Shown: positions 27,577 through 36,862, counted from the first letter of the stretch. The stretch: DNA of 64,000 nucleotides from an uncultured bacterium (GCA_964654695.1 CAZZKJ010000003.1:58909-122908); one strand, 5' to 3'. Program-made: numbers and translations. Notes: generated by a model from the letters alone, not told the origin.

Positions 27577-28674
27577 ATGGAAATCACTTTAAGCGTAATT
27601 AAAGCGGATATCGGCAGTATCGGCGGCCATATTCAACCCAGCCAAGAGCTTTTGCAAGCGGTTGATAAATATGTCGGCAGCAACGGGAGCGGGATAATAA
27701 TCGATTATGCTATAAGCTCGACAGGTGATGATGTGGCTCTTCTCCTCACCCACCAGAATGGAAAGCTCGATGAAAAAGTTCATAAGCTTGCTTGGGGCGC
27801 TTTTACAACCGGAACGGAAGTGGCTAAAAAACAAGGACTTTATGGGGCCGGCCAGGATCTTTTGAAGGATTCGTTTTCGGGAAATGTGAAAGGTATGGGA
27901 CCGGCCGTTGCCGAGCTCGAATTCGAGGAGAGGCAAAACGAGCCTTTTTTGCTATTTACGGCGGATAAAACGGATCCAGGAGCATACAACCTGCCGGCTT
28001 ACCTTGCATTCGCCGATCCCATGCACAATGCAGGCCTTATGCTCAGTCCCAAAATGAAGGATGGTTTCACTTTTCGCATTATGGACGTATCCAATACCGA
28101 GGGCGACCGTGTTATCGAACTTAATGCACCGGAAGATATTTACGATATAGCGGCGCTTCTGAGGGACAACCAGAAATATGTTGTTGAATCCGTATATTCC
28201 AGGACCGACGGCGAACCGGCGGCTGCGATAAGCACAACCAGGCTGCACAATATCGCGGGACGTTATACGGGTAAAGACGACCCGGTGATGCTTGTCAGAA
28301 CTCAGGGAAGTTTTCCGGCTACCGGAGAAGTTCTGTCACCCTTCCGGCTGGGACATTTTGTTGCGGGCTTTATGAGAGGCAGTCATACCGGGCCCCTCAT
28401 GCCTGTTGTCCAGAACTCGTCCATTTCATTTTTCGACGGGCCTCCGGTTGTCGCCTGCGCGGCCTACTGTGTGCAAAATGGGATATTGACGGAAGCTGCG
28501 GATGCTTTTGCACATCCTTTCTGGGATTTTATAAGAGACAAGGTATCGCGCAAGGCCATCGAGATACGCGAACAGGGTTTCAGCGGATGCGCAATGCTTG
28601 GTTTCGATGAATTGGAATATACGGGAATCACCGAGAGGCTGGAGAAAATAAACGGTAAATTCAAAATGGAATAA
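27577..28674 (+). CDS. fbp: Bifunctional fructose-1,6-bisphosphate aldolase/phosphatase (class V FBPase)
   Basis: LSVIKADIGSIGGH, KQGLYGAGQDLL, GRYTGKDDP (Tyr/Lys Schiff-base loop), RGSHTGPLMPV and ELEYT. Confidence 0.96.
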   Translation: MEITLSVIKADIGSIGGHIQPSQELLQAVDKYVGSNGSGIIIDYAISSTGDDVALLLTHQNGKLDEKVHKLAWGAFTTGTEVAKKQGLYGAGQDLLKDSFSGNVKGMGPAVAELEFEERQNEPFLLFTADKTDPGAYNLPAYLAFADPMHNAGLMLSPKMKDGFTFRIMDVSNTEGDRVIELNAPEDIYDIAALLRDNQKYVVESVYSRTDGEPAAAISTTRLHNIAGRYTGKDDPVMLVRTQGSFPATGEVLSPFRLGHFVAGFMRGSHTGPLMPVVQNSSISFFDGPPVVACAAYCVQNGILTEAADAFAHPFWDFIRDKVSRKAIEIREQGFSGCAMLGFDELEYTGITERLEKINGKFKME

Positions 28675-28726
28675 ACCGCTCCAGCTTTACGAAGGATAAG
28701 CCGCCGGGCGACCGGGGGGCGACAGT

Positions 28727-28864
28727 TCATTCGACAAACTCTGCCACGAAATAGCAGAGTGTCAGTTTTTCTTCGGTCGCGAGTTCAATCATCTTGTTCC
28801 ATTTATAGACGGCTCCGACCTCGAACACTGCTTTCTTGAGATAATCTCCTGCACATCCTGTATA
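28727..28864 (-). pseudogene. C-terminal remnant of a gluzincin metallopeptidase (peptidyl-dipeptidase A / M2-like)
   Basis: The minus frame reads YTGCAGDYLKKAVFEVGAVYKWNKMIELATEEKLTLCYFVAEFVE*, matching the G.YL...VF..GA...WN.MIE.AT.E.LT..YF pattern. No start codon or RBS for the full fragment. Confidence 0.65.
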
Positions 28865-30502
28865 TCAGTATTCAATCACCCGGCTGCATGGATCCGTGTT
28901 TTTTGGCGATCGGTGTGCCCGGGTTGCAAACCGTAAACCCCGGCGAATGTAAATATTCTTGAACTTTCTCTCATTTATTTCATAGGTTCGTTTCAGTTCA
29001 AAATCTTCCGATTTCAGTCTGCGGTAAATACCGGCCCAAAGAGGATGCATGGCTATGTCAATTCGATCAGGAGACAGATCATTTATATTTTCAAAAGAAG
29101 AGAGCACCAGGCATTGGGGATTCGTGGAAAAAATATAATCAACGATTTTATCGACGCTTTCCGGACTGCTGCCTTTGTTATATTTTTGAAAAGAATCGAA
29201 TCTGATCCTGCTTATTATTTTATCGGTTAGTCCCAGCATGTCTATGACTACGTGATCCGAATAATATGATATAGCTCCGATCTCATTGGTGGCGATTTTC
29301 GATCCACGTTCCAGTGACTGTTCCAAATCCCTGCCGATTGATCTCAAAGTTGCGGAATGCATCCAGTCATGAGCACAGACATTGCGAATAACTTTGAAAG
29401 CCTGAGCGAAATTCAGGATAAGCATCAGGATCAGGCTGATGACGGCTGTTCTGTACACAACGGTTCTGAGATGTCTCTTCAAATCGTCCATGATCGTAAG
29501 CAGACCCGTAAGAGCAAGAGTCATAAAAAATGGGAAAAAGGGCAGTGAAAACCTGTCAAAACGAAGAACATCCGCTCCCACGTAGACTATGAACAGAAGT
29601 TGAAGGGCAACTACCAGCCAGCAGTACTTCCAACAGAATCTCATCTTTTCTCCAGCGGGGGGAATGAAAATGAAAGGAAGAAACATAATCAGACCGCTTT
29701 TTGCAAAAAACCTGGCAAGATAGGATGCCCCGGCGAGAAGAGGGGCGGTATAAATATGAGTGGCTCCGGGTTTGGCGAAATAAGTGTTCGGCAAGAAAGA
29801 TCCGAAATATGAATATTTCCATAACGCTGCACCGAAATATAAGAGAAGCGGCAGACCGGTCTGCATTATCCTGCCGACGGTGGGGCGTTTTTTTCCCTCG
29901 CGGTACAGCACGGCGGCATTTGCGGCGAGAAAAATAACGCCTTCAGGACGCATCAGCGAAGCCGGCAGAAACGCTGCGGCCGATAAGGAAGCCATGCGCC
30001 AATTGCCCCTTGAGGCTCCTTTAATATGCAGGATGCTTCCGAGGAGAATCAGAGTTAGATAAGTTGAACTTTCAAGCCCGGATGAAGCGTAAAAGGCCAG
30101 GGGGAAAAAGCAGGCTGATACGGTAATAAAAGCATTGAGGAGAATTCGAGTTCCGGGCCGCGGGTTATCGAGTTTCTCTGCTGCGGCCCTCCTCATAAGC
30201 GCTGCGGTGAGGAATACCGCTCCAACAGATGAGGCCATCGATGCTCCCACTGCGAGACGGACTATATCGATCCCGAGTCTTGCTCCGGCGGACAAGCCGA
30301 GCGTCCATAGCAGATTAGAAAAGCCTTCAACATGTTCGCCGGGATTGAATGTTAGTCCATGTCCGCCGGCAAGGTTGTGCGCGTAGCGGAAACTTATGAA
30401 GGCATCATCCGGAATCCAGCTGATAAACAGCAGCGCGCAGCCGATATGAGCAGATACCGGCAATAATAACAATAAGTTGCTGGATATGAAGTTTTTTCTC
30501 AT
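28865..30502 (-). CDS. GT-C superfamily integral-membrane glycosyltransferase
   Basis: [54 protein letters not shown] and EIGAISYY...DMLGLTD. Confidence 0.85.
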   Translation of the reverse strand: MRKNFISSNLLLLLPVSAHIGCALLFISWIPDDAFISFRYAHNLAGGHGLTFNPGEHVEGFSNLLWTLGLSAGARLGIDIVRLAVGASMASSVGAVFLTAALMRRAAAEKLDNPRPGTRILLNAFITVSACFFPLAFYASSGLESSTYLTLILLGSILHIKGASRGNWRMASLSAAAFLPASLMRPEGVIFLAANAAVLYREGKKRPTVGRIMQTGLPLLLYFGAALWKYSYFGSFLPNTYFAKPGATHIYTAPLLAGASYLARFFAKSGLIMFLPFIFIPPAGEKMRFCWKYCWLVVALQLLFIVYVGADVLRFDRFSLPFFPFFMTLALTGLLTIMDDLKRHLRTVVYRTAVISLILMLILNFAQAFKVIRNVCAHDWMHSATLRSIGRDLEQSLERGSKIATNEIGAISYYSDHVVIDMLGLTDKIISRIRFDSFQKYNKGSSPESVDKIVDYIFSTNPQCLVLSSFENINDLSPDRIDIAMHPLWAGIYRRLKSEDFELKRTYEINERKFKNIYIRRGLRFATRAHRSPKNTDPCSRVIEY

Positions 30503-30709
30503 TTCAATTATGATTTCCCCGGTTATCAGACTTCGGCGGCAAATCAAACTTGCTCACGATGGCGTGAAATCATGATCCCATATTCGCAGATCCTTCTGCA
30601 AGAAATAGAAATAATATCGAATAACTAGTGCGGCGGCGTGTAGCATGCCATTATCGGCCTGGTTTTAACGACATGCCGGGAGTGGATTGGCAGATCGTCG
30701 GAAAGTCCC

Positions 30710-30735
30710 CGGAAGCCTATTTTGTCTTGATCGTT
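30710..30735 (+). promoter_or_regulatory. Candidate ECF-type autoregulatory promoter
   Basis: CGGAAG-N16-CGTT upstream of the ECF sigma gene. Confidence 0.35.
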
Positions 30736-30796
30736 TGATTTACGAGGTCTAGAATTGCTCACAGCAAATGCAAGCATGGTTTTAGGGAGGTCGAGA

Positions 30797-31417
30797 GTGG
30801 AGGAAATCCAAAAATCCGTCATTGAAAAGTGGCGTGAAGGGGATCAAGAGGCGTTCGAAAAAATTGTTCGTCTCTATATGTCCGATGCCTATTTGACCGC
30901 GCTGGCGTTTGTCCGCAACGAAGATGACGCCCGGGACCTGTCCCAGGAAGCATTCATAAAGGTTTACCAGGCCAGAAAATCCTTCGACCCGACCCGCCCT
31001 TTCTACCCGTGGTTCTACAGAATACTGAAAAACCACTGTCTTAATTTCATAAGACGGTTCTCCAGAAAATACGAGAGTATTTATTACGAAAACAACCCCG
31101 ACAGGGAACGCCTCACCTCCAAAGTGCCTACGCCAATTGAGCATCTGGAGGGAAAAGAGCGCAGGGCGTTTTTGCTGGCGGCAATTGACAGAGTGTCTAT
31201 TGAGCACCGCGAGATCATTATTCTGAAGAATTTCAAGGAGTATTCCTACCAGGAGATCTCAGACATTCTCGAAATACCGATGGGAACGGTGATGTCGCGT
31301 CTTTATTATGCCCGAAAAAGGCTGAAGGAAATGATAAGCGAATTCGAGAAAAAAGGCCTTCCGGAAAGCGGTGTCCCCGTATTAGAAGGAAACGCATCTC
31401 CGGGGGAGGTGGTTTAA
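30797..31417 (+). CDS. ECF RNA polymerase sigma-70 factor
   Basis: DARDLSQEAFIKVY, FYPWFYRILKNHCLN and SYQEISDILEIPMGTVMSRLYYAR; GTG start after AGGGAGG. Confidence 0.95.
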   Translation: MEEIQKSVIEKWREGDQEAFEKIVRLYMSDAYLTALAFVRNEDDARDLSQEAFIKVYQARKSFDPTRPFYPWFYRILKNHCLNFIRRFSRKYESIYYENNPDRERLTSKVPTPIEHLEGKERRAFLLAAIDRVSIEHREIIILKNFKEYSYQEISDILEIPMGTVMSRLYYARKRLKEMISEFEKKGLPESGVPVLEGNASPGEVV

Positions 31418-31852
31418 ATGATCTGCGCGCGTTTTCAGAGCGAAGGTATGAAGCTTCTGGACGGCGAGATGGAGAATGCCGAGAAAGCGCTTTACGAAGA
31501 GCATCTTCGAAGCTGTGAAGATTGCAAAAAAGAAATGAAGGAAATCGGCATGATCATCGATTGGACCAAGGAACTCAAGCTCAGGGAACCCGAAGATGAA
31601 TTCTGGAATGCATACTGGAACGGGCTTTACAAGCGCCTGGAGAGAAATTTTGGATTCTTTTTGGTTATTATCGGGGTTATCGCTCTTGTGATTTATGGAA
31701 TTATAAGAGCAGTAACGAGTCCCGAATTTCTTACTTTTAGCGGAATTAGCCTGGCGCTTATTCTTGTGGGCCTCTTGATTGTTTTCATATCGGTGGCCAG
31801 GGAAAGATACTATGAGCGAAAGAATGACCCATATAGGAAGGTAAAGAGATGA
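31418..31852 (+). CDS. Zinc-binding (ZAS, zf-HC2) membrane anti-sigma factor
   Basis: N-terminal C...HLRSCEDC, two TM helices and a short C-tail; adjacent to the ECF gene. Confidence 0.9.
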   Translation: MICARFQSEGMKLLDGEMENAEKALYEEHLRSCEDCKKEMKEIGMIIDWTKELKLREPEDEFWNAYWNGLYKRLERNFGFFLVIIGVIALVIYGIIRAVTSPEFLTFSGISLALILVGLLIVFISVARERYYERKNDPYRKVKR

Positions 31853-32169
31853 TCATAACAACGACCGACCTGGTTCCCGGCAAGCGGATAATAAGAGTGC
31901 TGGGACTGGTAAAAGGTAATACCATCCGTTCCCGTCATCTGGGCAAGGATATTCTTGCAAGCTTTAAAAACATAGCCGGCGGAGAAATACGTCAATACAC
32001 AAAATTGATTGCCGAATCGAGAGAACAGTGCTTGGACCGTATGCGTACGGAAGCCACAGAATTGGGCGCAAACGCAGTTGTGGGCACGCGCTTCACTACC
32101 GCCAGCATGATGCAGAACGCAGCCGAGCTTCTCGCCTACGGTACTGCTGTTGTTGTTGAAAACGAATGA
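31849..32169 (+). CDS. YbjQ / UPF0145 family protein
   Basis: GLVKGNTIRSRHLGKD, GGEIRQYT, GANAVVG.RF and LLAYGTAV; ATGA overlap with the anti-sigma gene. Confidence 0.95.
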   Translation: MIITTTDLVPGKRIIRVLGLVKGNTIRSRHLGKDILASFKNIAGGEIRQYTKLIAESREQCLDRMRTEATELGANAVVGTRFTTASMMQNAAELLAYGTAVVVENE

Positions 32170-32183
32170 TCCGCCGCTCTTTC

Positions 32184-32212
32184 TTGATACTCCTTCCGTG
32201 GGATGTTATATT
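32184..32212 (+). promoter_or_regulatory. sigma70 promoter (extended -10)
   Basis: TTGATA-N17-TATATT with TG at the extended position. Confidence 0.65.
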
Positions 32213-32230
32213 TCAAGATAGTTGAAGTGC

Positions 32231-32310
32231 TACTTGGGTTTGCCAGGGTTAAATGCCGCCGCCAGGCCATGCCTCTTGGTGCCGCCCCGCGCTGACAAGC
32301 GACTCAGGTA
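32231..32310 (+). ncRNA. Candidate structured leader / small RNA (long irregular hairpin)
   Basis: 32231-32240 pairs fully (with G-U) with 32301-32310; 32241-46 pairs with 32292-97 apart from one mismatch; inner stem 32261-66 with 32275-80. Family not identified. Confidence 0.35.
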
Positions 32311-32337
32311 ATTACAGATTAGAAAACGGAGCGAATA

Positions 32338-33177
32338 ATGATTATTGGCGAATGGAATGTTAAAGAATGTCTGGTAGGAAAATTTAAGCTGGACGGCGGA
32401 GCTATGTTCGGTGTTGTCCCCAAAACCATATGGTCCAAACTGATTCCAGCTGATGATCTAAACAGAATCCCTATGGCGTTAAGAACACTACTGATAATCG
32501 GCAACGGTAAATCCATCCTTATAGATTCGGGCAGCGGACGTGGATACGGAGAGAAACTGGAAAGGATCTACCAATTCAATGAATATAAAGGAGTGGATAA
32601 AGCGCTTCTGGAAGCCGGTCTCAGCCGGACTGATATCACCGATGTTATCGTATCCCACCTGCATTTCGATCATGGGGGTGGTCTGGCCGAACCGGACAGC
32701 GGCGGCTGGAAACTCTCCTTTCCGAATGCCCGGCATCATGTCCATGCCGCGCAATGGGATCACGCGCTTTCGCCGACCGCCAGGGATCGGGCCAGTTATT
32801 TCGAGGATAGAATAGAAATACTGCAAAAAGAGGGGGCCCTCGATCTGCATGACGGTCCCTGGAGCATGGATAACGGGTTGGATATCGAGATAGTAAACGG
32901 TCATACTCCCGGGCAGCAGCTGCCGAAAATATCCGGCGGAGGTAAAACCCTGTTTTTCTGCGGAGATCTGGTGCCCACGGCATCTCATCTACCTGTTCCT
33001 TATATAATGGCTTATGATCTCAATCCCGTTCTCGCGATGGAAGAAAAGCTGGATTATCTCGACAGGGCGGTCGACCAGGAGTGGATACTTTTCTTTGAAC
33101 ACGATCCCGAGATTGCTGCCTGCCTGGTTAAAAAGTCAGGCAAAAGGTATTTAGCAGCGGAACCTGTTAAATTATAA
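32338..33177 (+). CDS. MBL-fold metallo-hydrolase (YtnP-like)
   Basis: LDGGAMFGVVPK, HLHFDHGGG, GHTPG, GDLVPT and FFEHD. Confidence 0.93.
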   Translation: MIIGEWNVKECLVGKFKLDGGAMFGVVPKTIWSKLIPADDLNRIPMALRTLLIIGNGKSILIDSGSGRGYGEKLERIYQFNEYKGVDKALLEAGLSRTDITDVIVSHLHFDHGGGLAEPDSGGWKLSFPNARHHVHAAQWDHALSPTARDRASYFEDRIEILQKEGALDLHDGPWSMDNGLDIEIVNGHTPGQQLPKISGGGKTLFFCGDLVPTASHLPVPYIMAYDLNPVLAMEEKLDYLDRAVDQEWILFFEHDPEIAACLVKKSGKRYLAAEPVKL

Positions 33178-33267
33178 GTTTGTTGCGCTTGACTTTTGGA
33201 TTGTTTTATGAAATATTCTCAATAATCAATTGATCATTTGCCAAACCTTTGCTACAGGAGGTTTTTT

Positions 33268-33834
33268 ATGTTGAAAAGAGTGTTGGTACCGTCAATCGTC
33301 CTGCTTCTATTCGTTGGGATTTCCGTATTAGCTGTTTCCGGTCTGGATTCCGCCCTGGCCGGCAATTCATGCAGTAAAAAAACCAAGAAGGCAGGCGCAT
33401 CGGCCGCTGCGGCCGGTTGTACCAAGGGGACAAAAGCTTCTTCCATGTGTTCGAAAGCATCAGCCGCAGCTTCGGCGGCTTGTTCGAAAATGTCCGGATC
33501 GGCAAAATCCGCCTGCTGCTCAAAGCAAAAAGCGGCTAATGCTTCAGCATCAATTCAGGGCGTATCGACGGATATGCCGTGGCATGAATCCAAAAGAATA
33601 GTCCTGACCGGCAGTTATGTCTGCGGGAAGTGCTCCCTTTCCAAGCTGGATTTTTGCCAGGGATTTCTTAAAACTTCCGAAGGCAGCCTGTTTCCCCTTA
33701 TGACCGGACTCCAGGTCAATAAGATGAAAATGGCCGCTCACAGCAAAGACGCAAAAGGATTCGAAGTGGTTTCCAAGGTGAGAATCATAAACGGCGTCAA
33801 GTATCTACAGGTGCGGAACTTTACTAATCTTTAA
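33268..33834 (+). CDS. Exported Cys-rich hypothetical protein
   Basis: AGGAGG RBS; signal peptide; Ala/Ser/Lys linker with repeated C[ST]K; C-terminal beta domain with CGKC...C. Confidence 0.75.
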   Translation: MLKRVLVPSIVLLLFVGISVLAVSGLDSALAGNSCSKKTKKAGASAAAAGCTKGTKASSMCSKASAAASAACSKMSGSAKSACCSKQKAANASASIQGVSTDMPWHESKRIVLTGSYVCGKCSLSKLDFCQGFLKTSEGSLFPLMTGLQVNKMKMAAHSKDAKGFEVVSKVRIINGVKYLQVRNFTNL

Positions 33835-33854
33835 TACCCAACAGGATTAATATG

Positions 33855-33889
33855 AAAAAAGAGGCTTTCCTGGGAAGCCTCTTTTTTTT
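33855..33889. terminator. Bidirectional intrinsic terminator
   Basis: AAAAAA-GAGGCTT-TCCTGGG-AAGCCTC-TTTTTTTT between convergent genes. Confidence 0.9.
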
Positions 33890-33911
33890 GTTCTGAATAT
33901 CGAAGTTGGTA

Positions 33912-35468
33912 TCATCTTTTGCGTGATTTCCCGCTCTTGGAACGTTTCCCGCTTGATCCGGATCTGTGGGAAGCGGCTCGGCGGTGGGAAGGCGTCCGGC
34001 TGGGTTTGCGGATGCTTCGCGTAGATCCGCGGGCTTTTTTCGATGGTTTTTGCAGGGAACGCGAGGATTTCTTCTTATGAATATTTCCGCCGCGGGACTT
34101 GCTTTTGCCGGAGCGTTTTTTATAAACTTTCGACTTATTTCCCTTGTAAATACGCTTCTCGGTTTTATGTTTTGGATGGATACGCGGAAGCCGCCCGGGC
34201 TTTTTTATACCGGAACGTTTTACACTCTTCTTATAGCCTGTGCGCACGCCTTTATTAATATGTTTTCTCTTTAGTGTGCGATCCTTCACATATGATTTGC
34301 GGTTCATTTCCCGTGTATGTTTGTAACGAACGGAATTGATCCTAAGATCGGGGTTCCTCCTCGAGGCGTAAGCCGCCGCGGCATAGAGATTGGTTTTGCG
34401 GCGGTGACGCTGGAGATGCAGGGGCCTGTACACATAGCTATTATTTGCGTAGTAACGATCATATCCCCAGCCTGACGAACCCCACCCCCAGCCAGATCCC
34501 CAATACGGGTAGTCATAGTAATTCCATCCCCAGCCCCATCCGAAATTGAAACTGAATCCCGATCCCACCCCATAAAAAGGATCATAATATCCCCACCATG
34601 GGTCGTACCAAAGAGGAGAGTAGTACCAGGGACGCGAGTAATAAGAATAAAACGATCCGGGATAATAAACTGAGGATTCATAGGGATAAAAAGCTATATA
34701 TACTTTAGAAGAGGTTTCGTCTTCATGCACATCTTCGTCGTTTTGCTGTTCCGCAGCCAAAACGGCTTCGAAGCCCCGGTCAAGGGGATAAGCCAGGCCG
34801 GATCTTTGTCTTTTTATCTCGGTCCAGTCATATTTGGCGCAGGATTCGGCATATGTTCTGCGTCCCCCTTCATGGCATTCCGAGCAGATATACCTGGGAT
34901 ATTCTACAGTGTCGTTAATAAAGAAATCAGTGAAAGCCATCGACACTCCGTCCAGATGGCTTATCCCTCTTACGAGTTCCGATGCAATCATGTTGGCGGC
35001 CAGCATGGGGTCGCCATCAATACGGAAGAGTTCGTCCGCCGGAAGGTTCTCGTTTGCAGCTAAAAAGTCCAATTCTTCATCGTTGATCCGGCTTCTATCG
35101 ATCACTGAAACGGCAAAAATGTATTCCAGCCCAGTAGAACCGCTGACGAGCAACGCAGAGTTGGGATTGTCGGGAATTTCATATTTTCTTCCGGCAAATG
35201 CTTTCTTAATGCGCGAGGAAGATTCAGGGTATATCAGGTGGACATAACCATCGGTATCGATATCGAAGATTATGACATATGAATCTTCAGTGGTTTCGAA
35301 CCTGAGGTTGATGCTTTCACCGGGTTTGTAAATGGATCCGGCCGGATCGGCCAGATCGATCTTTATCCCACCCGATATCAAGGTTTGCGGGGACGAGCGG
35401 GTAACTGAGAATGCTTGGACCGGCAGCAGCATCATACCGGCCGCCAGTGTTACAAGAAGTTTTTTCAT
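33912..35468 (-). CDS. Exported DUF4384 domain protein with a CxxCH motif, a Tyr/Trp/Gly-rich segment and a very basic tail
   Basis: Signal peptide MKKLLVTL...VQA after GGAGGGAG; YKPGESINL.F......YVIIFDIDTDGYVHLIYP is DUF4384-like; CSECH. Confidence 0.8.
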   Translation of the reverse strand: MKKLLVTLAAGMMLLPVQAFSVTRSSPQTLISGGIKIDLADPAGSIYKPGESINLRFETTEDSYVIIFDIDTDGYVHLIYPESSSRIKKAFAGRKYEIPDNPNSALLVSGSTGLEYIFAVSVIDRSRINDEELDFLAANENLPADELFRIDGDPMLAANMIASELVRGISHLDGVSMAFTDFFINDTVEYPRYICSECHEGGRRTYAESCAKYDWTEIKRQRSGLAYPLDRGFEAVLAAEQQNDEDVHEDETSSKVYIAFYPYESSVYYPGSFYSYYSRPWYYSPLWYDPWWGYYDPFYGVGSGFSFNFGWGWGWNYYDYPYWGSGWGWGSSGWGYDRYYANNSYVYRPLHLQRHRRKTNLYAAAAYASRRNPDLRINSVRYKHTREMNRKSYVKDRTLKRKHINKGVRTGYKKSVKRSGIKKPGRLPRIHPKHKTEKRIYKGNKSKVYKKRSGKSKSRGGNIHKKKSSRSLQKPSKKARGSTRSIRKPSRTPSHRRAASHRSGSSGKRSKSGKSRKR

Positions 35469-35594
35469 GGGGCTCCCTCCAATCGTTTGAGGTTGCCAGG
35501 GGGAATCGGTTACACCTCTAAAGTATAGCCCTTTTACGCATATGTGGCAAGACCAAGACAACTCTGGCTCAGCGATAATTTCGCAAGATTGCTT

Positions 35595-35623
35595 TTGACG
35601 ACGAGTTAACCCTTTGTTATCTT
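35595..35623 (+). promoter_or_regulatory. sigma70 promoter for tol-pal
   Basis: TTGACG-N17-TATCTT with an extended TG. Confidence 0.55.
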
Positions 35624-35684
35624 TGGAACCATCCCGAAGCTCGGATGTTTAATAAAACTGCGTGTTTCCATTCAAACATGATAC

Positions 35685-36482
35685 ATGCTGGCAATAATGA
35701 AAGGGTTATTCATGAATGCCATCTGGATGATACCTCCCGCCGAGATAGGAGGATCCGTTCCATCCCTCCTCGTTGATACCGGTGTTTTCGCAAAAACGGT
35801 CCTTTTGATTCTTTTTGTGATATCTGTTGTATCCTGGGCCATAATGTGGGACAGGACCAGATTATACTTAAAGCTCAACCGAAAAGGAACTTTGGCCAGG
35901 AATGACCTGCGTTCCCGGGGACTTCCTGTAATGCTTCAAAACTCGGCCGGGTATCTGCCTTCGGTCGAGGGTGCGATTTTATCCCGGGCAAAGAATTTCC
36001 TGGCCGCAGGCCAAAACCAGTCGAAGCCTGATGGGGAAAGCGGGGCCGGAGATGCTCCAAAAGAGAACGGCGGAACATCAATGGCTTTCAAGGGCGCCCT
36101 GGAGAGAAGGGCTCTCGAAGAAATATCTGAGATGGAAAAATACCTGGTTTTTCTGGCCACGACTTCAAGTGTTGCGCCGTTTCTTGGTTTGCTGGGAACC
36201 GTTTGGGGAATCATGAGCAGTTTTCTCAGCATGGGAGTCCAGGGGACAGCGAGCATAGAAGTCGTTGGCCCTGGCATTGCGGAAGCTTTGATTACCACGA
36301 TCGCAGGTTTGGGAGCGGCGATTCCCGCGCTCGTAGGATATAATCTTCTGGGACGCCATGTAATACGCCAGGAGACGAGGACGGATCTGTTTATTTCAAC
36401 AGTAGTGGAATCTGCCGAGACGCTCTTCAGATCTGAATCGGCAGCTTCGAGCAAGGTTTCTTATGAGAAGAACCCGGTATAG
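35685..36482 (+). CDS. tolQ: TolQ (MotA/TolQ/ExbB proton channel)
   Basis: LATTSSVAPFLGLLGTVWGIM and VGPGIAEALITTIAGL; first gene of the tol-pal cluster. Confidence 0.92.
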   Translation: MLAIMKGLFMNAIWMIPPAEIGGSVPSLLVDTGVFAKTVLLILFVISVVSWAIMWDRTRLYLKLNRKGTLARNDLRSRGLPVMLQNSAGYLPSVEGAILSRAKNFLAAGQNQSKPDGESGAGDAPKENGGTSMAFKGALERRALEEISEMEKYLVFLATTSSVAPFLGLLGTVWGIMSSFLSMGVQGTASIEVVGPGIAEALITTIAGLGAAIPALVGYNLLGRHVIRQETRTDLFISTVVESAETLFRSESAASSKVSYEKNPV

Positions 36483-36855
36483 TTCCATCCATGATATAAA
36501 TGTCACGTCTCTCGTAGACGTGACGATGGTGCTGCTCATTATATTCATGTTGACCGCACCGTTCATTCAGGCCGGTATCAAGGTAAAACTTCCGAAGGCC
36601 AAATCAACGGTAATAAAGGAAAGGGAGGGCATAGTCGTCACCATTGATAAGAACGGAAGGATTTATCTGGATAATAAAGCCATTGCAAAGGAAGAACTGC
36701 CTGAAGAATTCAGGAAATTAAAGGTTGCCGGTGAAGAAAGGGTCTTTGTAAAAGCCGACCGTGATGTAGCATATGGAGTCGTGATGGATGTTATTGGAAG
36801 CATTAAAGAAGTGGGTATCAACGAAGTCGGTATGATAACGGAAATCAAGAAATGA
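36463..36855 (+). CDS. tolR: TolR (ExbD/TolR family)
   Basis: INVTSLVDVTMVLLIIFM and KADRDVAYG.V. Confidence 0.93.
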   Translation: MRRTRYSSIHDINVTSLVDVTMVLLIIFMLTAPFIQAGIKVKLPKAKSTVIKEREGIVVTIDKNGRIYLDNKAIAKEELPEEFRKLKVAGEERVFVKADRDVAYGVVMDVIGSIKEVGINEVGMITEIKK

Positions 36856-36862
36856 TCACCGG

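Noticed and set aside
28850-28867. Selenocysteine recoding of the GT-C TGA
   Set aside because: No convincing SECIS-like hairpin directly after the TGA, no Cys-aligned context, and the downstream peptide belongs to an unrelated family.
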